Shown here: one piece after another, positions 10,537-18,218 of the stretch | Layout: every line of letters begins with the position of its first letter | Numbering within the stretch: position 1 is the stretch's first letter | DNA from: Candidatus Lutacidiplasmatales archaeon | GTDB taxonomy: Archaea; Thermoplasmatota; Thermoplasmata; Lutacidiplasmatales; UBA184 | Reading direction: 5' to 3' | Length of the DNA: 64,000 bases | Assembly (NCBI GenBank): GCA_044451945.1 | Contig: JBIOKR010000004.1 | Location: forward strand, 23,454 to 87,453 | Translations under genes and position numbers: made by a program | Notes under the pieces: generated by a model | The model's database searches: none | Seen by the model: the letters and a program-made list of their open reading frames with translations, nothing else | What the model was told of the DNA's origin: nothing

Positions 10537-11300
10537 ACCCCGAGACGCTGATCCGACGCGAGCCGGCCTCGCTGATCCGCGAGCTCGCAGGGCGGATCGC
10601 CCTGCGGGCCGAAGCGGCGGTCCGGGACCACGGTGCCTTCTACCTGACGCTCTCCGGCGGCGAAAGCCCGCGGCCGCTCTACGAGGCGCTCGCCCACCAG
10701 AGCGAGCCGAAGGTCCCCTGGGGCCAGGTCGACGTCTTCTGGAACGACGAGCGGATGGTGCCACCGGGGCACCCGGAGAGCAACTTCGGGCTCGCGGAAA
10801 AGACACTTCTCTCCCGCGTTCCGCTCGCCCGCGGCCACATCCATCGGATCCTGGGGGAGTCGGCCGAGCCGATGGACGCGGCGCTCGCCTACGAGCACGA
10901 GCTGCATGATCACTTTCCGGCGGACAAGTTCGGCGAGGTCCCGACGACGTTCGACCTGCTGCTCCTAGGCATCGGTCCGGACGGCCACACCGCCTCTCTG
11001 TTTCCGGGCGACTCCGGATCGATCGAGACCGGCCGATGGGTGACCCCGGTCCCCGTCGCCGGGGAGGCCCCGTTCGTGCCCCGCGTGAGCCTCACGATCT
11101 CCGCGTTCAACCGGGCCCGCGCCGCCTACTTCCTCGTCACCGGCGCCGCGAAGTCGGGGATCGTCCGGCGGGTCGTCGAGGAGCACGGAAGCGCCACGGC
11201 AGCGCTCCCGGCGGCGCGCGTAGAACCGCTCGGGGAGCTCGTCTACTTCCTCGACGGCCCCGCGGCCTCGGAGCTGCCGAAAAGCTCCGGCGCGAACTAG
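10521..11300 (+). CDS. pgl: 6-phosphogluconolactonase
   Basis: LSGGESP, FWNDERMVP, SNF, LLGIGPDGHTASLFPG, RVSLT. Confidence 0.93.
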   Translation: MGRRLNPETLIRREPASLIRELAGRIALRAEAAVRDHGAFYLTLSGGESPRPLYEALAHQSEPKVPWGQVDVFWNDERMVPPGHPESNFGLAEKTLLSRVPLARGHIHRILGESAEPMDAALAYEHELHDHFPADKFGEVPTTFDLLLLGIGPDGHTASLFPGDSGSIETGRWVTPVPVAGEAPFVPRVSLTISAFNRARAAYFLVTGAAKSGIVRRVVEEHGSATAALPAARVEPLGELVYFLDGPAASELPKSSGAN

Positions 11301-12241
11301 CCCCGGGCCCTACTCCGGCCGTCTTTTCTCCGTGGCGGCCCGCTCCGTCGTGCGCAGACCAGGAACGACGCGCCGACGCCCAGGCACTCGGGGAGACGGC
11401 CGCAACGCTCCTCCACGTCCAGCAGGTTCGCCCAGGCGACGCGGTCCCGATGGAGCCTCTTGAGCAGCGCTGCCTGGTTCCCCAGAAGGGGGCCGACCGA
11501 CATGCGATCGTTGACCGTGAATCCGGCCTGCGCGAGTCGTCGGGAGAGGTCGTCGGGCCGCCAGAACCCGAACTCCCACGGGGCGCCGTGCTCCGGGTCG
11601 TGCGGTTGCCACCCCTCTTCGAAGATCCGGTGGAGGTGGTACTCGCGGGGCGCCCTCAACAGGACTCGCGCGGATCTCGGGAAGAGCGGGAAGAGCTCTC
11701 CGATCACGCCCGACGGGCTCACGCCTTCCAGCAGCAGGATGCCCCCGGGGCGCAGGACCCTTCGGGCGCCCTCGAGAAGTTCGCTCACGTCCCGACCGAA
11801 GAAACCGAAGAGTCCGACGAGGACGATCGTACCGGCCGAACGGTCCCGCATCGGCCGGAGGCCCTCCGCCGCCGCCTGGAGGTAGCCCATCGGCCGGACC
11901 GCGCCGCGTCCGCGCCGTTCGAGCCCCTGTCGCGCCGCCTTGAGCATCGGCCTCGACAGATCGTAGAGGATGGTGGGCCGTCCGGCAGCGAGGATGGTTC
12001 TGCTGAACCGACCCGTCCCCGGCCCGATCTCCAGGATGGGACCGCGGCCCTTGGCGAGGTGGAGCGCGAGAAACCGCTCGACGAGTGTGCCGCGAAGTTC
12101 GCGATGAGGATCCCCGCGCAATCGCTCGCGCTCGCGCCGGACGTGGGCATCGAACGTCCGGCGGAGGTGCTTGCGGCGTTCCGCCGGAGGGGAAGGGGTG
12201 TAGTGCTTCGGGGTGCGGGAGGAAGCTCGGGAGGGGCGCAT
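11297..12241 (-). CDS. Class I SAM-dependent methyltransferase
   Basis: ILEIGPGTGRFS motif I, YDLSRPML, RRVLRPGG. Convergent 4-nt overlap with pgl. Confidence 0.85.
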   Translation of the reverse strand: MRPSRASSRTPKHYTPSPPAERRKHLRRTFDAHVRRERERLRGDPHRELRGTLVERFLALHLAKGRGPILEIGPGTGRFSRTILAAGRPTILYDLSRPMLKAARQGLERRGRGAVRPMGYLQAAAEGLRPMRDRSAGTIVLVGLFGFFGRDVSELLEGARRVLRPGGILLLEGVSPSGVIGELFPLFPRSARVLLRAPREYHLHRIFEEGWQPHDPEHGAPWEFGFWRPDDLSRRLAQAGFTVNDRMSVGPLLGNQAALLKRLHRDRVAWANLLDVEERCGRLPECLGVGASFLVCARRSGPPRRKDGRSRARG

Positions 12242-12244
12242 GGG

Positions 12245-13243
12245 CTACAACAACCGATACTCGCGCTTTCGGGAGTCGTGCAGCGAGACGGTCTCCTGGA
12301 CGATCCCCTGGACGCGCAACGCGTCAAGCGCGCTCTGCACGGTCCGCCGGGGAAGGCGGGAGAGCCGGACCAGCTCGGACTGGTCGAGGCCGCCGTGGCT
12401 CTCGAGCAGGAAGTAGAGGAACTTCGTCGCGGGAGGGCCCTTTACGGTGCGCGTGGAATGGAGCGTGCCGAAGGTGTCCCCCCGGAGGCCGAGCCGTTGC
12501 GAGGCGAGGGAGGCGACGTTCGAGAGCGGCACGTTGCCCAAATTCGCCTGGACCCCGAGCTCCTTCAGCAGCCCGACCTGCTGGGATTCGAGCGGCGCGC
12601 CGAAGATCAGGTCCTCGGAGGAGTGCGCGGCGACGATCGAATGCACCCAATCCCACTTGATCCCGCCCTCGTGGTCGTAGATCCCGACCCCCCGGCCGGA
12701 CTCCCGACTTTCGAGGATCACCTTGCGCGGTTTGAGCGCGAGCGCCCGTCCGACCTGGTCGACGGTCTCTCGCAGAGAGAGTTGGTTCTGCGGGTTCTTC
12801 TTGCCGACCTCGATGAACACGTCCAGGCCCGAGGCGCGCGCCTCCACGGCGAGCCGTTCGAGCTCTTCTGGAGAGATCGGGAGGATGCCGTCCGACAGTT
12901 CCACGAGGTCGAACCCGATCTCGCGCGCTTCCATGATGAGCCGGCGGCTTTTCCCTCGGGAGAAGGCGTACTCGAGCAGGGTCCCGCTCGTGGCGACCTC
13001 GACGCCGAGCTCGTGGTAGGCGCGCACCCGGCGGCGCACCTCGTCACGCGAGAACAGGAGGGGAAGGCCCCAACCGAGCTCGACATAATCGATGTACGGG
13101 GCGAGCGGACGAACTTCCTCAAGGGAGAGTCCGTGGAAACCGTCGAGGACGTGCGTGATGCCGGCGTCGCGTGGACGGGTCGGATTGGGCGCCTTCAGGG
13201 GGAAGAACGCCTCGTTCGACTCCCGAGGGCTCACCGAACTCAT
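12245..13243 (-). CDS. comA: Phosphosulfolactate synthase (ComA)-family TIM barrel fused to a C-terminal winged HTH
   Basis: GITHVLD, LGWG, ELSDG, IEVGKK, ESRESG.GVGIYD, ANLGNV, GLRGDTF. The tail QSELVRLSRLPRRTVQSALDALRVQGIV...DSRKREY is MarR/TrmB-like wHTH. Confidence 0.82.
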   Translation of the reverse strand: MSSVSPRESNEAFFPLKAPNPTRPRDAGITHVLDGFHGLSLEEVRPLAPYIDYVELGWGLPLLFSRDEVRRRVRAYHELGVEVATSGTLLEYAFSRGKSRRLIMEAREIGFDLVELSDGILPISPEELERLAVEARASGLDVFIEVGKKNPQNQLSLRETVDQVGRALALKPRKVILESRESGRGVGIYDHEGGIKWDWVHSIVAAHSSEDLIFGAPLESQQVGLLKELGVQANLGNVPLSNVASLASQRLGLRGDTFGTLHSTRTVKGPPATKFLYFLLESHGGLDQSELVRLSRLPRRTVQSALDALRVQGIVQETVSLHDSRKREYRLL

Positions 13244-13533
13244 CGGTACTCCATGTATCTGAAGGAGAAAGGCGCCGTTCCTGTATATGTTTCGATTCAG
13301 CCTGGGTCGTTTGACTTCCTCGGACCCGCCGGGTCCGGGGCATCCCGGTGCCCCGCACCGTCACGTTAGGCGGCGGTCCCCGGCCCGTCCGCGTCCATCC
13401 GCAAGGCAGGCGTTCAAGGGGTTCCCGGGGAGCAGAAGAGAGGCGCAAATTCGCACGGGGCGGGGGGCGGGTCCTGCACTAACACGGCGAGTGGCCCCGG
13501 GCCCTGTGCCCGCAGAGGTCACCGAACCTCTCG

Positions 13534-14970
13534 TCAAGGAGGGACGGCTTCTCCCGCCACGCCTAGATTGCTATCGAGCAATAGATCGATCGGCCGTCCT
13601 TGCATCCCCGGCGGGATCGCCACACCGAGCCGCGCGAGGATGGTGGGCGCGACGTCGATGAGCGACTGCTCGGGGATAGGCGCCCCATGGCTCCAGAGCG
13701 GGTCGGCGACCGCGATCACCCCGGACATTGAATGCACCGAGTCATCCGGCCCGGTATCGTTTTCTGAGAGGAACAGCGAGGGGTGACCCACCGTACCCGC
13801 CGACCTCCAGCGAAGATCGCCGAAGTAGACCATCAGATCCGGCGCATCGCCGTTCACCGCCTGGTAGAGGTCGCGCGGGCGACGGACGTCCGCCCCGATC
13901 GGGCGGCCGTCCGGGCCCAGGACTCGACCGAGTGCCTGACGGAGCTCCTTGGCCAGAGGGTCGACCGCGTCGGGGGCCACGACCCCCTCGGGCTCTCGAC
14001 CTTGGACGTTGAAGAAGATTCGGGCGTAGTAGCCTCCGGCGCCCCACGCCCGGGTTCGCCCCCAATCAACGTCGCACTCCTCGATAGGAGTCCCGGGAGC
14101 GGGTGGGGCCCCTCGGAGCACTAGATACCCTTCTTGCCTCAGCCAGTCGTTTACGCAAAAGCAGCCGGTCATCCCCTGGCTCCCGTGATCGGAAGCGATG
14201 ATCACCGTCACCTCCGGCGGCACCAACTCCAGCAACTCGCCCAGCTGCGAATCGAGCAGCTGGTAGTACTCCTCCGCGACCGGTGAGAACTTCGGATGGT
14301 ATTCGTATCGTGGATGACGGGGGTCGAAGTACTTCCAGAAGGCGTGGTGGAGCCTGTCGGGCCCGATGTCGTGGACCGCGAAGAAGTCCCATGGTTCCTT
14401 CACCCAGAGATGCCGAGCGACCTTCCATCGGCGTCGGGTCATCTCGAAGAGCTCGGTGGCGGTCCGGGACCGGTCCTCCGCTCGGAAAGGGACGTCGAAC
14501 ACAATGCCGCCGGCCAACCTCTGGAGTTCCTCGGTGAGACCGGCGGGGGTGACGATGTTCTTCGCGTCGGGCGGGGTGAGGAAATCCGACAAGTACACTC
14601 CATTGACGGTCGGGGGAGGGTAGCCAGGGGGCATCCCGAGGACGGCGACCCGCCGACCCATGCGTGAAAGCACGTCCCAGACGGAGGGGTACCTCAGCAT
14701 GCCGCTGGTCGGAGTGTAGTTGTCGAAGTAGCTGCCCGGGCGACGGTGGCGAAAGCCGTAGAGCCCGAGAGCGCCCGGGTCCATCCCGGTCATCATCACC
14801 GCCCAAGCCGGTACCGTGATCGGTGGGTCGCAGCTCCTGAGCGTGCCGAACCGGGACCGGGCGATCAATCGGTCGAGGTGAGGCATCTTTGGGCGGAAGC
14901 GCAGGAAGAGGAGCTCGGGGGGAACGGAGTCGAGGCCCAGGAGCAGGACCCTAGGGGAGCTCTGGGTCAC
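13534..14970 (-). CDS. Alkaline phosphatase superfamily protein (type I phosphodiesterase/nucleotide pyrophosphatase-like)
   Basis: LLGLDS, PPITVPAW (Thr nucleophile), DRLHH, ASDHG, late His (DDSVHS). Confidence 0.88.
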   Translation of the reverse strand: MTQSSPRVLLLGLDSVPPELLFLRFRPKMPHLDRLIARSRFGTLRSCDPPITVPAWAVMMTGMDPGALGLYGFRHRRPGSYFDNYTPTSGMLRYPSVWDVLSRMGRRVAVLGMPPGYPPPTVNGVYLSDFLTPPDAKNIVTPAGLTEELQRLAGGIVFDVPFRAEDRSRTATELFEMTRRRWKVARHLWVKEPWDFFAVHDIGPDRLHHAFWKYFDPRHPRYEYHPKFSPVAEEYYQLLDSQLGELLELVPPEVTVIIASDHGSQGMTGCFCVNDWLRQEGYLVLRGAPPAPGTPIEECDVDWGRTRAWGAGGYYARIFFNVQGREPEGVVAPDAVDPLAKELRQALGRVLGPDGRPIGADVRRPRDLYQAVNGDAPDLMVYFGDLRWRSAGTVGHPSLFLSENDTGPDDSVHSMSGVIAVADPLWSHGAPIPEQSLIDVAPTILARLGVAIPPGMQGRPIDLLLDSNLGVAGEAVPP

Positions 14971-15193
14971 AGCAACACCGTCTAGGGGGCAGCGTATTGA
15001 GGTTTCCGCGGGAGCTTGGCTCCGGTGACACGCACGGTCTCCGGCCCCCCCCGCTCGGGCGTGTCCGGCCCTCCTTCAGGGGAACGTCCCATCCATCGCC
15101 GGGAAGGTCGGCCGAGGGAAGGGGCGAGAGCCTTCGCAAGCGCCAACTCGGGTTCATGTGCTTCTTATATGGTTCCGCTACCCCCTTTGGACG

Positions 15194-16054
15194 ATGGTGG
15201 GGACGACCAAGTTGAGCTCGACCGCCTCGCGAGGGGTTGGCAACCGAAACGACGGCCAATGTCCACGGGTGACCCGCCGCCCGTCCGGCAGGCTGTTGGT
15301 CGTGTTCCTCGCCTGTCTGCTTATGCTCAGCGCATTCGGGGTTCGCTCGGCGGTACCGGGCCACTATCTGGGCGCGCGCAGTTCGGAACCCTCTCTGAGG
15401 GTGGTCTCCCAAGCCCCTGTACCCGCCAACGCTGTCGGTCCCCGAGAGGGCCCCATGGCCCCCGGCGCTTCTGCGATATCCGGTACGATATCGCCCCAAT
15501 TCGCGACCGTAACGATAGACGATATCTTCGTCATAGTCCGCCCGAACGGACACTTCTACCAAGCCGTCCCTCCGGGCCAGCACTGGGTGAACGCCAGCTA
15601 CAACGGCTACTCGAGCTTCAACAAATCCTACATGGTGGCTCCCGGCCAGAACCTGTCGGTGCCGATCGTCCTCGTCGGGTCGGACGGATGGATCAACGGG
15701 ACGATGGACCCCCCCGGCGGCCAGCTGTCGGTCAATGGAAAGGCGGTGACGGTCAACTATCGCGGAGTGTTCAATGATTCGGTGGCTCCCTCCACCTACG
15801 ACCTGATCGCGAGCCTCCCGGGTTACGATTCCATCGAGGAGCTCGTCATCGTCCCGGCCGGCGGCACCGTGTTCGCCAATTTCAGCCTCAACCAGACTCC
15901 GGCGGCCCCCCTATTGACGAATACGCAGCTCGTCCTCATCATCGGGGGCTCGGGAGCCGGGGTGCTCGCCGTCGCTGCCTTCCTATTCATCCGGAAGGAC
16001 ACGAGGCCGAAGAGACCGAAGAACAAGGCGAAGTGGGCTCCCGAGGGGACCTAG
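15194..16054 (+). CDS. Membrane-anchored PEGA/carboxypeptidase-regulatory-like repeat surface protein
   Basis: Signal peptide, two repeats (VPPGQHWVNASYNGY; VAPSTYDLIASLPGY), C-terminal TM helix followed by a basic tail. Confidence 0.72.
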   Translation: MVGTTKLSSTASRGVGNRNDGQCPRVTRRPSGRLLVVFLACLLMLSAFGVRSAVPGHYLGARSSEPSLRVVSQAPVPANAVGPREGPMAPGASAISGTISPQFATVTIDDIFVIVRPNGHFYQAVPPGQHWVNASYNGYSSFNKSYMVAPGQNLSVPIVLVGSDGWINGTMDPPGGQLSVNGKAVTVNYRGVFNDSVAPSTYDLIASLPGYDSIEELVIVPAGGTVFANFSLNQTPAAPLLTNTQLVLIIGGSGAGVLAVAAFLFIRKDTRPKRPKNKAKWAPEGT

Positions 16055-16077
16055 TCGAGGTCTCGGATCCCGGACCC

Positions 16078-16545
16078 CTAATCGATCTGCCGAACGAACC
16101 GCTCGCCAATCTCCCGAGCGAGCGATCGTAACTCCCCCGCATGCTCCCTAGAGGCGGGCAACGACCAGATTACCATGCCCGGCCGGCCGTGGCGCAGGAC
16201 GGTTCGTTCCGCCCTCATCAGTCCAACTCTCGGCTCGTCTCCCCTCGGATGGTCGAGGAGATGGTCGCCTTCCACCTCGTCGGAGACGACGACCGCAATC
16301 TCGCCCCAGAGTTCCTCTTCGCGCAGCTTAGGGCGGCGTAGAACCCTTCGGAGAAAACCTCGGGTCCCTCGAGGGAGGTTCCGGCGCGGAATCGGGCGAC
16401 GTGCCTCCAGGAATACGTCCCGGAATGCATCGTAGTCTAGAGTGCCGGCGATAGCGAGGTCTAGGTACCCGGTAATGAACGATGGATTGAGGTCCGCCGA
16501 ATCGACGTAACGATCGGAACTTCGGGGAGAGAGCTCTCGCGTCAT
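16078..16545 (-). CDS. Hypothetical protein
   Basis: Ordered-looking composition from MTRELS onward. The start is uncertain (the ORF extends to 16722) and no family was recognised. Confidence 0.5.
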   Translation of the reverse strand: MTRELSPRSSDRYVDSADLNPSFITGYLDLAIAGTLDYDAFRDVFLEARRPIPRRNLPRGTRGFLRRVLRRPKLREEELWGEIAVVVSDEVEGDHLLDHPRGDEPRVGLMRAERTVLRHGRPGMVIWSLPASREHAGELRSLAREIGERFVRQID

Positions 16546-16753
16546 CCATCCTCTCGGCCCCGGGGGGAACTGGCCACGCGACGGCCCACCCTCATCCGGG
16601 TCCCACCCCTCCATTTGGCATCTGCCCATCGGGTTTGGAGCTTCCGCTCCCCAGGAAGGCCCGACCAGGGCCGCCCCGGGTCCCGGAATCGGGTGGGTGC
16701 GGACGCGACCGGGCCGTCCCAACGACTATATCCACATATGTAGATTCATATGC

Positions 16754-16972
16754 ATGTCATCCCGAAACGTGGCCATCCGGAAGGACGTCTACACCGCACT
16801 TTCCCGTCAGAAACGGGCCCGAGAGAGCTTCACCCAACTTTTCGTCCGCTTGATGGGCCAGCACGGGATTCTCGAGGAGCTCAGTGGCTCCTGGGCCGCC
16901 CCCGGGAGCGATTCCGCCTACCGGTCCTGGAATCGTTGGCGCCGCCCTTCCACGGCGCGGAGGTCGAAGTGA
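16754..16972 (+). CDS. vapB: Putative antitoxin, archaeal VapB family (PF02697-like)
   Basis: RNVAIRKDVYTAL..K...ESFTQLFVRL pattern, 72 aa, GTGA overlap with a PIN gene. Confidence 0.78.
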   Translation: MSSRNVAIRKDVYTALSRQKRARESFTQLFVRLMGQHGILEELSGSWAAPGSDSAYRSWNRWRRPSTARRSK

Positions 16973-17376
16973 AGGCCCTCGATACGCCGGTTCTCCTCGA
17001 CCTGTTGACGGGTCACGAGCACGCCACCAAGCGGGTGCGTTCTCTCGAGAGCGAAGAGCTGTGCACGTCCGAGGTGAACATGTTCGAGCTCGAGTCCCTG
17101 GCGAGGCGAGGGCCCCCCAAGGGGAGGGATCGGCGTCTGGCCACCCTCGAGAGGCTCCGGCGAAAGCTCACCGTATTGCCCGTCGATGGCCGAGCGGTCG
17201 CGGCCGCGGCGCTCCTGGCCGAGCGAGGCAGCGAGGGCGTGAGCGCTTCGACGTTGCTCATGCTCGGGACGATTACCGCGAGCGGTTGTCAGGAATTGAT
17301 CACCCGCAAGGACCACGGCCTCCCAGCGGTCGAAGGGCTCAAGATGACGCCTTACGACCGGAAGAGGACTAAATGA
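16969..17376 (+). CDS. vapC: PIN-domain (VapC-like) toxin, degenerate active site
   Basis: ALDTPVL, TSEVNMFEL, LTVLPVD..V...AA, LITRKD. Coupled to the antitoxin. Confidence 0.78.
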   Translation: MKALDTPVLLDLLTGHEHATKRVRSLESEELCTSEVNMFELESLARRGPPKGRDRRLATLERLRRKLTVLPVDGRAVAAAALLAERGSEGVSASTLLMLGTITASGCQELITRKDHGLPAVEGLKMTPYDRKRTK

Positions 17377-18218
17377 CAGTAGATGCGTAACTAACGTGCC
17401 TGACAAATGTTCCTGCTGGGGTCGGGGGTCAGTTCTTTGAGGGAGAACGTCGGAAAGGCCCTTCCGGCTGATTTCTGGGCCGGGGGGGCCATCTGAGCCT
17501 CCCAGCCCCGATCGGCAGCATCTTTCAAGGACATCTATCCTGAGTAATGTGACATGCGTAACTGTGGCGTCTCACGTCTCCATATGTGGTCAATCTGGCG
17601 GGTCGTGGGGTCGGTCAGCGAAACCGTCTCTCGAGGTGAACTTGTATAACTCCAGTTATGCGACATCGGTTCCGAGCATCTGGGGCACGCCGGGCCACTC
17701 TCGGCTAGGAGCCCGACCGCCCCGCCGGGTTCTCCGAGGCCAGGGCCCCCTGTGCCATGGGCTCGAGGGGAGATCAGCACGCCCAAACTGACCTGCACCT
17801 CGGTGAACTGTTACTTGTCACGGGATCCACCCCTCGAGCCCACCGCCTCCAGCTCGAGGCGGGATCCTCGGCGCTACCCGTTGACCTCGGGGGTCGATAG
17901 GTCGGCCCGCCTCGGCACGGGGGGTCGGCCCAGGTCCATGGGCGCTTCCCTGGAGAGCTCGGGATAGGGGCCCCTCTCCCCGCTCTTCGGGTGACTCTCG
18001 AGAGATTTCTACGCGCTCCGGTGGGTCTGCAGCGAGTCCGAGCCCCGAGAAGGGCGGATATGCATAGTCATATGCATATGCATACGACAGGTCCTACGCG
18101 CTCCACGTGACCCACCGTGACCCAGTCCGATTAGGGAACACGGGCAGGTTGGAAGCCGATGAGTATCCGATGAAACGGTCGACCCTCTGGACGAGGGGAG
18201 GGGACTGCGCTGGGATCG

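Noticed and set aside
12245-13243. Evidence for coenzyme M synthesis or methanogenesis
   Set aside because: ComA homologues occur in non-methanogens, this copy has altered motifs, and no other com or mcr genes are in the window.
13244-13533. SRP or RNase P RNA in this GC-rich intergenic region
   Set aside because: No helix-8 CAGG-CCCGGAAGGG-AGCAG pattern and no RNase P P4 signature was recognised.
18156-18190. Hammerhead-like CCGATGAG...GAAAC...TC
   Set aside because: The core is CCGAUGA rather than CUGANGA, stem III has a mismatch next to the core, and no stem I partner was found.
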